Shown here: positions 1 to 15,313 of the stretch, one piece after another | How positions within the stretch are numbered: the first letter of the stretch is position 1 | Layout of the letters: the number at the start of each line of letters is the position of its first letter | Origin: Octopus bimaculoides | Lineage: Eukaryota | Length of the DNA stretch: 64,000 nt | NCBI RefSeq assembly: GCF_001194135.2 | Contig: NC_069002.1 | Location: forward strand, 2,595,668-2,659,667 | Direction of reading: 5' to 3' | Made by a program: the position numbers and the translations under genes | The notes under the pieces: generated by a model | The model's input: only the letters and a program-made list of their open reading frames with translations | What the model was told of the DNA's origin: nothing | Databases searched by the model: none

Positions 1-970
1 TAGAGGTGCTGCAAATTTCCTGGCTTTGCTTAAAAATTACAGGCGAATCAGTTAATACATGATCTTATTCAACATATTCCCCTCTTTGATTCACAAACTT
101 ATTGCAACGATACCCTTCATGACAAGAACCTTTCAGTATGCCCTCGTATAATTCTAGCAGCTAGAGTGCCTGTGCTGTAGCTGCCTCCCTGGCGGTCATT
201 TATATATCATGAAGCTTCGGGTTAAGTCAGATCAAACAGAACGTTGATTAAAAGATATCATTCCATGTTAGTCCTTTCGTCTTTAGAGGTATTATGGCCC
301 GATTACAATATATGCCACATAAAGGGGGATAGCGGATCGGATCAACAGGACCTGAACAAGTCGATAATAACGATCAGAACTACAATAAATAGAGCATAGA
401 GCATCAGTCCCTTAGTCTGTAGGGCAGGCTTTCATCGTAATTTAGTAGCTATTTATAGCAGATTGACTACTTCATTGGCTGGAACTCTGTTTCTATTGGT
501 AGCACCTTGTACGATTGGATATTAATATACATACACAGAACACACGGACAAAACTATATACATATATATATTACTCATACATGTGTATGTGTATATATAT
601 ATGTATGCTTGTGAGTACTTGGCAGTGTGTGCGAGCGTACGGGTATGTGCTTGTATCTGTGTATGTATATGCGAACATGGCCCAGCAGAGAGGCCATTAT
701 CAGCTGATGCAGTAACCATATTTGTAACGATATATAATATATAGCATGCTTTACAACATTTATAGATTCCTCTCTTCCCCCGAGAGATAGCGAAGCAGAG
801 GTTTGCGGCTGATATAATTAACGATAGAATGAGCGAAATATTTGTCAGATCTTTTATCAATTATTGACCATATGTAGCCCGACACATACTCATAAATACA
901 CACACACACACATGCATACGTTCACAGACACTCAGGCAAATACATATAAACACAGAAGACTACACAGAGA

Positions 971-1015
<45 letters not shown>

Positions 1016-1635
1016 GGTGAGAGAGGAAGAAAGATAGAGCGAGGGAGAGAGAGAGAGGGAGAAAGAGAGAATATGAGTGCTTGTAAGCAAGCGCTCACAT
1101 TGAAAGACATATCACCACACACATACTTAAACACAAAATCACACGCTCCGCAGTTGATGTAGACACGAATGCATATATCCCAGCGCACGCAAAGAAACCA
1201 TAGACATATACACAGTGTGTTAGTGTTTGTGTGTATGTAATTTCATTAGACATGCACACGCATACCCACACTTATAAGACACATATATATATATATATAT
1301 TTATATATATANNNNNNNNNNNNNNNNNNNNNNNNNNNNNNNNNNNNNNNNNNNNNNNNNNNNNNNNNNNNNNNNNNNNNNNNNNNNNNNNNNNNNNNNN
1401 NNNNNNNNNNNNNNNNNNNNNNNNNNNNNNNNNNNNNNNNNNNNNNNNNNNNNNNNNNNNNNNNNNNNNNNNNNNNNNNNNNNNNNNNNNNNNNNNNNNN
1501 NNNNNNNNNNNNNNNNNNNNNNNNNNNNNNNNNNNNNNNNNNNNNNNNNNNNNNNNNNNNNNNNNNNNNATATATATATATATGCATATATATGTATATA
1601 TATGTATGCACACTGGTGCACACAGGCATATGTAT

Positions 1636-1666
<31 letters not shown>

Positions 1667-2547
1667 AATGAGAGGGAAAGGTTAAAAGAAAGATACGGAG
1701 ATAGATATATAGATATGTAGATATATATATATATATAGATAGATAGATAGATGTGAAAGGAATTATACCCTGATATAAGATCAGATCGATCCATCGATCG
1801 ATTGACAGAAAAAAGGACAAGAAGCGGAAGGATAAACAGAAATATTTAATGGTAGGCAGAGTACAACAACGAAGAAGTCAGCAGGGTTCATTGCAGCAAA
1901 TTACACAGGCAACATTGAAAAGTAAAACTAATTCACTGTAAAACAGTTTTAAATATTTTTGAAAATCGAGGCTATTTCATTGGGTCTCTTTCAATCATGC
2001 ATTATGCATTTATAACCTTACTATCGTATTCGAATGTTGTAGATGTAATATATCTGCAAAATTGTTAGAGCGATTTGTCGCTGCACTCTAATATAAAGGT
2101 ATATATGTATAAATATATGGGTGTGTGAGCGTGCCTGTGTGTACACACGCAAACACACACAGGCATACAAACACATACACAAACGCAAACACACATACAC
2201 ACACACATATACATACTAAAGCTAATATGATAGTGAGAATCCGTGCTTAACACTGCCTTCGTGGATAATTATTCTGTATTTGTTGGTTAACAAGGCAACC
2301 ATGTATTTCATGCGGGAATTCTCAACAATTATTAAGCCTGCCACATGGAATGTTGGTTCTCGTCATGCATACGAACGTCCCATATGCCTGGCTTCATGAT
2401 TCCTTTCTATAGATGAATAACGAAAATTGTATGGACGACTGGACGCCAATTGTCTCAAGGTCTATTTAAATAAATTTTTACGCGTTATTACAAATAATTA
2501 TATTTTTATGGGATTAAATATATACATACATGCATATATAAGTATAA

Positions 2548-2583
<36 letters not shown>

Positions 2584-2596
2584 TAATATTAAAACA

Positions 2597-2818
2597 GCAA
2601 GCTGGCAGAAACGTTAGCACGCCGGGCGAAATGCTTAGCGATATTTCGTCTGCCGTTATGTTTTGAGTTCAAATGCCACCGAGGTCGATTTTTGCCTTTC
2701 ATCCTTTGGGTGTCGATTAAATAACTACCAGTTACGCACTGGGGTTGATGTAATAGATTTATTTTTTTTGTCTGCCCTTGTTTGCCCCTCTATGTTTATG
2801 CCCCTTTGGGAGAAAGGC
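2597..2818 (+). mobile_element. tRNA-derived SINE (family A), near full length
   Basis: Pol III A-box-like TGGCAGAAACGTTAGC and B-box-like GAGTTCAAATGCC, followed by the core gaggtcgattt.gcctttcatcc...gtcgat.aa.taa.taccagtt, which is shared with the copies at 8301 and 8579. Confidence 0.8.
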
Positions 2819-3519
2819 ACCATTCCAATTCAGATTCATTGCGAAACATTTGCAATCCCAAGTAAATCAAGTATAATTTAGCAACAAACAACATCACTAT
2901 TTCAATGAAGATTGTGACCAGCAATATAGCAATACTTAAACCTGGTCGAGCAATGATATTAGTGGTTCACCACTACGATCTTCGAATAATGATTGACAGC
3001 GGTGCTAATGCAATTCAGACTTCCATCTGCTGCATTCTTACATTGACTAACTGACGGTCTATACCAACAGCGAGGGATATAGTTGCATTATGTTAATATG
3101 AATTTATAAGAACAGCATTGGATAGATCTTTATAGCAGGACAAATGCAATAAAAACCTTGTAACTAAAGTATTGCAATGCAAAAACAAATCAAAGTGTTT
3201 TCAGATTAGAAAACGTTAAAGGCAATATTTATAAAAACGGTTGGTTGGTCTTTATACTCAAACAATACAATTACAGAGACCGTAAGAGCTAAGGGACATC
3301 GCATGAAACTTCACACATACACACACACTCACACAAACACACGTGCAGACACACAAGCACATGCAGACACACACCTTCGGGCACGGGCACAGACGCGCGC
3401 GCAAATACATACATGCACGCATTCACAAGTACAAATCCTCCGCGCACACAGTCAAGTGCAGGTGCACGCAGAAATATTTATAAGTGTGTACATATATATA
3501 GATATATGTATATTCATTC

Positions 3520-3560
<41 letters not shown>

Positions 3561-3620
3561 GATAGATATATATCCACACACACATATATACATATATAGT
3601 CCCAAATACATATGTGAATC

Positions 3621-3673
<53 letters not shown>

Positions 3674-5023
3674 AACATATTTTTGCGTATATTATTTGAT
3701 TATACATGTGTGTGTGTGCATATTGGCTGCGCTGCTTACTGTGTAGCAATATATATGTATACATGTGCGGGTATGCGTGTGCGCGTGTGAATGACTCGTC
3801 AACAACAAGATGAAATCAATATAAATCTATGGTTTCTAGAAAACAATATCTTTAATTTTTTTTCCTTTGCTTCCCTCCCCAGTATTTTTGATGAACGGCT
3901 TTCCCCAAGGGACGACTGTATTGTAATATCTAAACATTGTAACTATTCCGAACTTAATGATAAAATACCCACTTTCTCTTACCACGCAATTTCATTCTTC
4001 CTATTGCTTTCACTCCCGTTTGAACCGATACCACATCTTCTAGTAGCGCTACATATGTCAACCTCTATTCATAAATTTGTCATTCAATCGATAAAGCTTT
4101 TTCTACTTCAAAAATTGCCCACTCTTCTGTTCTACTTATACAAGTTCGACAACAATCAACGCTCTATAGATTTAACGTTATTTTCCTTATTCACCCAATC
4201 TGTGCTACTATTTATTGTAAGAGACATGTATTATAATTGAGTTATCTCTATGCGGCAAGTGGCAATTGCCAGTGAGATAAAAACATTTAGTTCAGTCGAC
4301 GCATTATCACAAATAACGGAAATGAAGTATTCTGCTTAAAGCATATTTCACTGAAGTTTCACTGATTTTCACTGTACTCAATATCTCTCTATACGGAACA
4401 TAAAAATGATTTAGGAATTTGATAATGGATAGTTTCATCTAATGTATATTTGTCTGAGGCATTCAGACAGTAGAACTATGACAAAAGCGAAGCATCGTGT
4501 GACACTGACCCGGTACCATGGTTTGGTATAGTGGTGTTGTGAATAGCTATAAGTTTAATTCAGAGCTTTTAACCCTATAAGTGTGCACACCTTGTTCACG
4601 AGATCAAACCCTCGTGATGAAGGAATCAGTCTCAACCGTGTTTCTTTTTTTTATATTTCGTATTATGATTAGACTCATAGACACTACTCAAAGCTTTTTC
4701 CCATCATATTTAGAAGATCTAAAACTGATGGCGAGGCTTTCAATTTCAACCAGATTTAACAGCCACCACTATATTTGGAAAAAATATATATACAAATACA
4801 GTTTGTATGTAATTAGATATGTTACGTTTACCATAATTAGATGTTACTTTTACCAGATTAAATTCTGATGGGGAATAATCGCAAGCAATATCCTCTGTTC
4901 AAGAGTACAACTATGGAAGAGCAGAACAGGAAACAGGAAGAAGTTCCTCTCCAAATATCTTACTCATTTATTTCGCATCATAAGGCTGAAACTATATCAG
5001 GCATTTCATATTTATCTCTCCCC

Positions 5024-5069
<46 letters not shown>

Positions 5070-6058
5070 TCCATCTCTCTATCTATTTATCTATATATTA
5101 TTTCTCTTCCTTACTCTCTCTCACTATCTCTTTCTATCCATTATAGTGAAAGGGGGAGAGAGACTAGGACAGAGCATGCATGACAGAAAAAATATCCTAT
5201 ATAAATATGTGTATTTAATCATTTATGAGTATCTGCTGTGTGAGTTTATATAAATAAATAGAAGGATAGATATGAATATCATTATAAATGTGTGCTTCTA
5301 GGAATATATATGTGCGTGTTTGTGTGTGTGTGGAGACATGGTTTCTTGTCTAGAATTTATGGATGTCAGTACCTACTGCTGGTCTCTATATTGAAAACAA
5401 GCAGACGCGCACAATCACACACAAACCACATACTTCCACACACGCATACACACACATACATAAACATGTAGAAAACAAAACGAAAAATGTCTCAATTTTT
5501 CCTGTCAGTTTTCCAACAAAATACATTGTATATTCTCACCTTTGTTTTGTCGTCCTGGGAAATTTAAAATTTTCCGCCTTATACGATACAAAGAAGAAAA
5601 GAATAAGATACGAAAAGCGATTTGCTTATTCATGTCAGAAGAAGTTTTGGTAGAGTTGGTTGGTGCCTGAGGTCGGTCATATCGTATTTATAAACAGTCT
5701 ATTTATAGTCCAGATGGAAATTAAAAAACATAATGTTTCTAGAGGTAAGCACACGGAATTTTAGTATGCATAGAGATATCATCAGATACCTCTCAACTAC
5801 TCTCCCTCTGCCCCTCACTCAGGTTGTGTGTCACTTCCTTTCTCTTTCTCACTATCTTTCTCTTTCTCACTATCTTTCTCTCTATTGATAACGTGATTGA
5901 GACACCATTCATAATATTATCAAAGATTGCGTATGTATATAATATATACGTACACTCACATGTAGATATAGATATATACATTTAGTTCCTTATATATGCA
6001 TAAATATATGTATATATCTATGTACATAAATACACACATACACACACACATATATATG

Positions 6059-6160
<102 letters not shown>

Positions 6161-7433
6161 CACATACACATACATTCATATATATGTGTGTGTGTGGTTG
6201 CATGTATATGAACAAGTGTGTGCGTGTTTATATTAATAGATATCGATAGATAAGTTCAGAAATGTGCTTCAGTTTCTTTCATGAGAACGTAACTTATTAA
6301 ATTCGGACGATATCTATAGAGAAAGAAATACGTTCGATTAACAATATCCATAGATAAATTGATATCAAATAAACGGCTTCTGAAGTATTGAGTTTTATAT
6401 TCAGCTCTTGGTCACCCTTGGTCTCACGGCCAAGCATATGCCTATATGTGTTTCGCTCTGCGTAGAAAGTGATTGCGTGTAGAAAGGGAGAGGATCAGTT
6501 AAATATAAACCAATTGCCGTTTAATCCATATATATTTATATAACTCCTATTAAGGGAGAAACGCGCAACCATAGTTACTCTTCATTGTAACCCGAATTGG
6601 AGAGTTCTGGTTTCTTGAGATTATCTCCCTTTTTTTTATTTAGAGTCAGTGACAATTTTCGCAAAACCTTCCTTGTTTCATCATATATCTTATAATTTTT
6701 CACAAGTCTTCATTTCCACGTTCTCGGTTAATTGCCTCCCTATCTTCAATTAAAGAAATTTATTTCTCCGTAGTGAGGAAATAGCAATAACATGATTCAA
6801 TTTGCTACGTATAAGTACTCAGAAACATATTAAAAGTTTTATTACGGAAAATGATTCTAATTTAAGGGTATTTTAGCTACACTAAAATATGTTTGCAAAA
6901 ATTACAAACCAAAGCTAAAAATACAGACTTTAACTGTTGTATTATAATTTACTCTATAATATTTGTTGAATTAAATGAAACATTTACGCAAAATATTAGT
7001 GGGAAAAGTGATGAAATTGTGTTGTCTACTATTACCAGAGTAGTGTTGTAATTCCCATGAATAAGAATATAATCTATTGAAGTAATAGTTAGTTTTAATT
7101 TTAAGAAATTTCAGTTCACACTATAAGGCGTCAGGTGGGAGTCTTTGATATTTAAAGATTTGGGAATTTTGTCTAATTGTTACGATTCCATATCAATACA
7201 AGAAAGATCATATGCCTCTGGTAAGACTATATGCAATGTGTAGATACACAATATCAATTATCCGTTGGAATATGTTGAGCTTCACCGACGCAGCGGGATT
7301 ATGTAATATAACATAACACAAAAGGATTTCAAAAGAATTCTAAATAATTCTAAACATGAAATTACATTCCATACCGCTGTGCATTCAGCATAACTTAAAA
7401 CTAGATTTTGCCTGCGTCTGTGTACCTGGCACG

Positions 7434-7482
<49 letters not shown>

Positions 7483-8151
7483 ATGCACACACACACACAC
7501 ATATGCTCACATGCACACGTACACACATACTTAGACAGACACACATATACACAGACGTTTAAATTGTACATACATAAATATGAAAATTATCAGTTAGTAA
7601 CAAGTGAAGAAATTTTAATCCGATAATGATGGTTCTAGCATTAGTAACAAGATTTACACGATCACTTGATGCTTAAAACACAACGCGACAAATATATGCC
7701 ACTACTAAGAATTCTTTTAAAGAAGTTCCATAAAATCTCAAAGTATTTACGGAGCGAGGTTACGTTAATATGTTATAAATATATATAAAAAGATTTTGGG
7801 AAAAAATATCATAATGAAACGCAGACGAAACATAATGTATGTAATGTTTTGTAATAAACTAACAACCTAATTATACAAGTATAGACATGTTAAATAAGCA
7901 CACACACACACACACACACACATATATACGCGTGTGCGTGCAGTTCCTGCTATGTATATCTGCGTTTATTTATTCATACGAAATTGTACATTTCGGAAAC
8001 GTGATTATAGTACTCAATAGCGGTTTCTAAGGTATCAGAACATCGAAATAGATTTATATAAACCAAAGCTATGTTTACATACAAGTTTATACTTTCTGCC
8101 CTTCTCGCTCTCTCTTTCTCTCTCTCTCCACCTCTCTCACTATACATATAA

Positions 8152-8229
<78 letters not shown>

Positions 8230-8300
8230 TTACCTGGTGTCCAAACAACGATTGTGCCAGCTCCACACCTCGGTGAACAGGATTATATTAGATGACATAG

Positions 8301-8520
8301 AAGGCGAGCAACTGGCGGAATGGTTAGCGCACCAGACAAGATGCTTAGTTGCTTTTCGTCCGTCTTTATGTTCCATGTTTCAGGTTCCTATCAAGTCAAC
8401 ATTACTTTTCACCCTTTCAGAATCGATGAAATAAGTACCAGTTGTACACTGGGGTCGATGTGATAGATTAATCCCCTCCCCCAAAAAATTCAGGCCTTGT
8501 ACTTATAGTAGAAAGAATTA
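8301..8520 (+). mobile_element. tRNA-derived SINE (family A), diverged copy
   Basis: ggcgagcaactggcggaatggttagc head; core ttcaccctttcagaatcgatgaaataagtaccagttgtacactggggtcgatgtgat, homologous to the 2597 copy. Confidence 0.75.
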
Positions 8521-8578
8521 TACCGTCCATATTTCTTGGTTGTAATCATTCCTATAAACAATCCTGTATGCGTAGAGA

Positions 8579-8730
8579 AGGTGACGAGTCGGCGGCATGA
8601 TTAGGACTTTGGACAAAGTGCTTGGCGACATATCTCCTGGTTCATTACGTTCAGAGTTCAAATCCTGCTGAGTTCAACTTTGGCTTTCATCTTTTTGCAG
8701 TCGATAAAATAAATTACCAGCCAAGTAAAA
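8579..8730 (+). mobile_element. tRNA-derived SINE (family A), truncated copy
   Basis: ttacgttcagagttcaaatcctgctgagttcaactttggctttcatc...gtcgataaaataaattaccag, homologous to the 2597 and 8301 copies. Confidence 0.7.
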
Positions 8731-8861
8731 TTGCTGAACCTGTGGCAATAAATAGAACTGTTAAAAGACATGGAGATAAAAGAAAGTGAAACACGCAGAC
8801 ATAAAAATCACAAGGAAAATAGAAAGAGGCACAATGACAATGTGAGTTACAACTGTTCACA

Positions 8862-8897
<36 letters not shown>

Positions 8898-9485
8898 GCA
8901 ATGTAAAGAGAGAGGGAGAGAGGGAGAATGAAAAGGAATAAGAATGAGAGAGATCGAGGGTGAGAGGGGAAGCAGAATGAGGACATTATATATGGAATGA
9001 ATAGAAAAATATGGAATTAAACAAAAACTGAGATACTATAGCAGAATAGCAGTTATAAAGACAAAGAAGAGAAAAAAGAAAAAGGAAATGGTGGACAGAA
9101 AGAAAGAATTAGAGACACGTTGAGATAGAAAGAGGAAAATTGGAGGAAAAGATTAGAAGGGAGAATTGTAAGTCGAAGCGTAATAAACACAGCGGACAAA
9201 TCGTAACCGAATGCGTCTTATGTATAAACACACGCGAGCGAAACAGTGTCAAACATAGATTAATCAGGAATCAAATTAGTGTCAAAAATGTGATTTTATA
9301 CAACCTCTTACACTGATTCATTTAACACCTTTTACAGATTGATAATATTGATTTATTGCGGTGTCCGTGGTCGTCGCCGTTGTGACAGTGTGACTACATA
9401 CATATGATGTGTACGGCAAAACATACTACAACAAGCATACATGTATATGTTTGCCAGACTATACACACACGCACACACACACACA

Positions 9486-9516
<31 letters not shown>

Positions 9517-10419
9517 NNNNNNNNNNNNNNNNNNNNNNNNNNNNNNNNNNNNNNNNNNNNNNNNNNNNNNNNNNNNNNNNNNNNNNNNNNNNNNNNNNNN
9601 NNNNNNNNNNNNNNNNNNNNNNNNNNNNNNNNNNNNNNNNNNNNNNNNNNNNNNNNNNNNNNNNNNNNNATATATATATATACATATATATGTGTGTGTG
9701 TGTATGTGCGTCTGTATGCACAGAGAGGGGGACGAAGATAACGAGAGAGCTGGAGAACACGAAGGTAAACGTGCTTGCTATAGATATTCACGAAGAATTT
9801 CTTTAGATAAATAATAAATTAAATTCGAACTCCATCCATGTCGGGTGGCTAAAGTGTTCGACGTTCGAACGATTGGCCAGGTATGGAAATAAAAAGTGCT
9901 TATAAACACAAGTTTAATTGGTATATTGGCACTGAATTCACATTTATAAAAAAAAAAGGAATGATACGATAGACTTCACAGCTGTTTCGTATCAAATATG
10001 ACTTATATGACCATGTTGATTATGTAATGAAGACGCATAATATCGTAGATGTATTGGACAATACGAATTTTTGTACACTCGAGGGGTGGGGTAAAATTAG
10101 GTTACCCTTTACTAACGCTTCTTATATTTATTTGTATTCTATGTAAATATATATTCATTAAGAAAAATAAACTAATTTATTGTTGCCACCAGAGGTAACC
10201 ACTGTTAGTTAGCTTCCAAATTCTGGATGCTGAAAACGAATAAAATATCATCATAGGATTAGGTGAACAACAACACACATATGCTGGTCATATCATGTTA
10301 GTTGCAACCCGACAGCTGATTCCTGAGAGTCGGATCAAGTGGTCCCTAAAGGCAAAATCCTGAACTACAACAGGCTTGTCCTACAGAGAATATTTCCGAT
10401 AACCATTGGGCACCTTCTC

Positions 10420-10450
<31 letters not shown>

Positions 10451-11169
10451 NNNNNNNNNNNNNNNNNNNNNNNNNNNNNNNNNNNNNNNNNNNNNNNNNN
10501 NNNNNNNNNNNNNNNNNNNNNNNNNNNNNNNNNNNNNNNNNNNNNNNNNNNNNNNNNNNNNNNNNNNNNNNNNNNNNNNNNNNNNNNNNNNNNNNNNNNN
10601 NNNNNNNNNNNNNNNNNNNNNNNNNNNNNNNNNNNNNNNNNNNNNNNNNNNNNNNNNNNNNNNNNNNNNNNNNNNNNNNNNNNNNNNNNNNNNNNNNNNN
10701 NNNNNNNNNNNNNNNNNNNNNNNNNNNNNNNNNNNNNNNNNNNNNNNNNNNNNNNNNNNNNNNNNNNNNNNNNNNNNNNNNNNNNNNNNNNNNNNNNNNN
10801 NNNNNNNNNNNNNNNNNNNNNNNNNNNNNNNNNNNNNNNNNNNNNNNNNNNNNNNNNNNNNNNNNNNNNNNNNNNNNNNNNNNNNNNNNNNNNNNNNNNN
10901 NNNNNNNNNNNNNNNNNNNNNNNNNNNNNNNNNNNNNNNNNNNNNNNNNNNNNNNNNNNNNNNNNNNNNNNNNNNNNNNNNNNNNNNNNNNNNNNNNNNN
11001 NNNNNNNNNNNNNNNNNNNNNNNNNNTATATATATATTGCCAAGACTAATCGTACGTTAGAGCGGCATTGAAGTAATCATTTAAAAGAGTTTTACTCTTA
11101 TTACATCCTACTGAGATTATTCAACATGGTGAAAAATAAATTCGAAAAATAAGCAACGTGATTAAGTCA

Positions 11170-11380
11170 CATCATCGCAAAATCTCGTTACATTCAGATA
11201 AGATTTTCTCTTTTAGCAGATTCTATATGTGTGGGTGTATATCTACGAATACACAATGATACACGCTCGCGTGCACGCATACGCATATACACACGTATAC
11301 ATCATCGGAAAATCTCGTTACTTTCAGATAAGAATTTCTCTTGAGTAGAGTTTATATGTGTGGATGTAAATCTATGGCTA
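11170..11380 (+). repeat. Diverged tandem duplication, 130-bp period
   Basis: catcatcgcaaaatctcgttacattcagataagattttctc...(11170) versus catcatcggaaaatctcgttactttcagataagaatttctc...(11300). Confidence 0.9.
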
Positions 11381-11384
11381 CACA

Positions 11385-11560
11385 CACACAGAAACGCACA
11401 CGCACACATCCACACACATATACATACACACACACACACAGAAACGCNNNNNNNNNNACACAGAAACGCACACGCACACATCCACACACATATACATACA
11501 CACACACACACAGAAACGCACACGCACACATCCACACACATATACATACACACACATACG
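11385..11560 (+). repeat. About 52-bp CA-rich minisatellite interrupted by a 10-N gap
   Basis: Unit cagaaacgcacacgcacacatccacacacatatacatacacacacacaca seen about 3 times; the true copy number is hidden by the gap. Confidence 0.85.
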
Positions 11561-11889
11561 CATATACACACATATATATATATGTGTGTGTGTGTGTGTG
11601 ACCACATGCGCGTGACTGCATGTGTTTATAATATATATATACATACAGTCCCACATCACCGATGTGCGTGAATATTTGCGACACACAGCACTGTGCATAT
11701 CCTAGACCTAACAAGTTCAATATGATCTTACACAACCTGGAGGGAAATTTTTTCTGGAGTTGGAGTCGACGACTAAAGCCCTATGCGGCGTATAAATAAA
11801 AGGGTCCCTCCCCAATAACTGTTTTATCCACGCAGATTTGCCAGCACCTATATGCATGTGTTCGTGAACGATCAATTTTCATATACATT

Positions 11890-11945
11890 TTTGTGTTTCA
11901 GTCATTTCATTGCATGCATACTGGCTTCCGTTTCCTTGAACCTCA
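11890..11945 (-). mobile_element. SINE 3' tail remnant, inverted
   Basis: tgtttcagtcatt...catactgg is the reverse complement of the ccagtatg...gactgaaaca tail. Confidence 0.5.
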
Positions 11946-12940
11946 ATTGACTGGACGGAAATGTTCAATATGATCGTAAACTACATTATCCGCACTACAT
12001 TTTGGCAGAGTAAAAGGAAAAAAATATAGAACCTACTCCTGCAACAAAATCCTAGCTTTACTTCTGCTGTCGTCTTGTGAGGCACGTAACTTATTACACC
12101 GCACGATGACGGTTGAGTCAGCCTCATATTACTCAATAAATAATAAATTCTTGATAAAATGCCCCCCTCCCTGGATTAGTATCACATATCTTAGAGCTCA
12201 CTAGAATTTCAAATTACGTGCCTAACTTATAATGAGGTGTCCTGCGAGCGTGAAAAGAAGCGAATTATCACACAGTAAATTGATTTGTATGACAAGAATT
12301 AACACCCAAAATATCTGTCCTTTATTAGTGAATGTAATGTCTGATATCATTTCTAATTAAGTCTTAGCCATTAACTTGTAATCATTTATAATTCTGGGGT
12401 GAGTTTTCGTCATAAACATAGAATCAAAATGAAATATATTCCTATATTAATTGCATTTCGGAGGAGCCTAAGTGAACATCAAATTATCTCCAAATTAAAT
12501 GTTATATTTATTGATATAAGAGTGTGAGTTTGTAAGCAAGTTAAGTGCTGTTTAATTATGAGACAACCTAGAATAGATGAAGTATAGTTAATTGCTCCTG
12601 CGCTTGCGTAGAAGAGAGGAGATATCAAGTTCAATTTCCCTTATATATTATACTACTTTGCTTTTCTGATGAATGGCCACGTTCGCTTCAATATACGGTG
12701 TATTAGGGAAGAGATATTTTTGTTTAGCCTCCGGTCGACCCTTACTTTTTAGGAGAAATTGGGAATAGTGAAAATATATACAAGAATGCAGAAGTCATTA
12801 GCCATATAAGCGCTGATTAGCCATATAAGCGTTGATATTGGGTTCGATTCTGGTTAGGGTTAACTCATCATTTTTCAGGCAATCTTTTTTATATGTATAT
12901 GTCGCTTTAAATCAGAGAATATATATATTATGATACATTG

Positions 12941-12983
<43 letters not shown>

Positions 12984-14043
12984 NNNNNNNNNNNNNNNNN
13001 NNNNNTATATATATATATATATATATATATACAGAGAGAGTGAGAGAGAGAGAGAAATATATATACATATAATATGAATACACACACATATATATATATG
13101 TATGTATAATACATACATATGCATAATCGCTCACAGATATGTATGCATGTATATAAATTGCTCAATTTGGTTCCCGGCAAAATTCAATTTTTGTTTTATA
13201 TGTCATTTGTAATTATCTCATTTATTGTCTCATCATTTATATTAATAAAGAGACTGTTAAGCTTTTGACAAATACCAATGTTAATTTGAAAAGACGTTTT
13301 TAAGCAACTGTCACCTACTTAAAACGAAGGTTTTAAGAATAAGACTTTCTTAAGATGCTTGAGTGTGCTTTATAGATACTTCACTTGACAATATATGAAT
13401 AATTAATGTTGAGTAAAGAGATTTTGTTTAGTTGCCGTCCGATGAATTTTTTTTTTTCTTTAGTGACGCATCAAAATTAAGGCACATGCTTCATACTTTC
13501 TTTTGATATAATTTCGCGTATATGNNNNNNNNNNNNNNNNNNNNNNNNNNNNNNNNNNNNNNNNNNNNNNNNNNNNNNNNNNNNNNNNNNNNNNNNNNNN
13601 NNNNNNNNNNNNNNNNNNNNNNNNNNNNNNNNNNNNNNNNNNNNNNNNNNNNNNNNNNNNNNNNNNNNNNNNNNNNNNNNNNNNNNNNNNNNNNNNNNNN
13701 NNNNNNNNNNNNNNNNNNNNNNNNNNNNNNNNNNNNNNNNNNNNNNNNNNNNNNNNNNNNNNNNNNNNNNNNNNNNNNNNNNNNNNNNNNNNNNNNNNNN
13801 NNNNNNNNNNNNNNNNNNNNNNNNNNNNNNNNNNNNNNNNNNNNNNNNNNNNNNNNNNNNNNNNNNNNNNNNNNNNNNNNNNNNNNNNNNNNNNNNNNNN
13901 NNNNNNNNNNNNNNNNNNNNNNNNNNNNNNNNNNNNNNNNNNNNNNNNNNNNNNNNNNNNNNNNNNNNNNNNNNNNNNNNNNNNNNNNNNNNNNNNNNNN
14001 NNNNNNNNNNNNNNNNNNNNNNNNNNNNNNNNNNNNNNNTATA

Positions 14044-14079
<36 letters not shown>

Positions 14080-14509
14080 CAAATATAGATGTGTGTATGA
14101 TTGTGCGTGTGTGTGTATGTATGTATTTATAATTCAAATAATAAGACAAAGAAAATCTTTAATACGTCTTTAATTATTCGTTACAACTGTTTCTGTACCA
14201 ACTCTGCTTTCAACGCCAGTTTATGCAAATTTCAAAGTGAAACTTTAAGTAATGTTTGCGGTTTTAGACATTAGAGTAGCGCTTCATTAGAATTGTACCA
14301 ATTGTGTGCTGTGATATTGTGCGCCTTCCAGATATATATGTATACACACACACACATATATATATATACACATACATAAAGACACACATATTCATACACA
14401 CACATACATTCAGACATCCAGCTAATAAATGATGAAATATACTTTATAAATAGGTGTGTATATATGTATAAATGCATCATATATATGTATATATATATAT
14501 ATATATGTA

Positions 14510-14561
<52 letters not shown>

Positions 14562-15210
14562 NNNNNNNNNNNNNNNNNNNNNNNNNNNNNNNNNNNNNNN
14601 NNNNNNNNNNNNNNNNNNNNNNNNNNNNNNNNNNNNNNNNNNNNNNNNNNNNNNNNNNNNNNNNNNNNNNNNNNNNNNNNNNNNNNNNNNNNNNNNNNNN
14701 NNNNNNNNNNNNNNNNNNNNNNNNNNNNNNNNNNNNNNNNNNNNNNNNNNNNNNNNNNNNNNNNNNNNNNNNNNNNNNNNNNNNNNNNNNNNNNNNNNNN
14801 NNNNNNNNNNNNNNNNNNNNNNNNNNNNNNNNNNNNNNNNNNNNNNNNNNNNNNNNNNNNNNNNNNNNNNNNNNNNNNNNNNNNNNNNNNNNNNNNNNNN
14901 NNNNNNNNNNNNNNNNNNNNNNNNNNNNNNNNNNNNNNNNNNNNNNNNNNNNNNNNNNNNNNNNNNNNNNNNNNNNNNNNNNNNNNNNNNNNNNNNNNNN
15001 NNNNNNNNNNNNNNNNNNNNNNNNNNNNNNNNNNNNNNNNNNNNNNNNNNNNNNNNNNNNNNNNNNNNNNNNNNNNNNNNNNNNNNNNNNNNNNNNNNNN
15101 NNNNNNNNNNNNNNNNNNNNNNNNNNNNNNNNNNNNNNNNNNNNNNNNNNNNNNNNNNNNNNNNNNNNNNNNNNNNNNNNNNNNNNNNNNNNNNNNNNNN
15201 NNNNNNNNNN

Positions 15211-15313
<103 letters not shown>

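Noticed and set aside
2905-3054. Short ORF containing IDSGAN (retroviral protease-like DSG motif)
   Set aside because: Only a 3-residue motif; no other gag/pol features or LTRs nearby.
3791-4240. 149-aa ORF in non-repetitive DNA
   Set aside because: F/L/S/I-rich composition typical of T-rich non-coding DNA; no recognisable motif.
9338-9407. Candidate last exon LIILIYCGVRGRRRCDSVTTYI*
   Set aside because: Short and isolated, no homologue recognised, no upstream exons.
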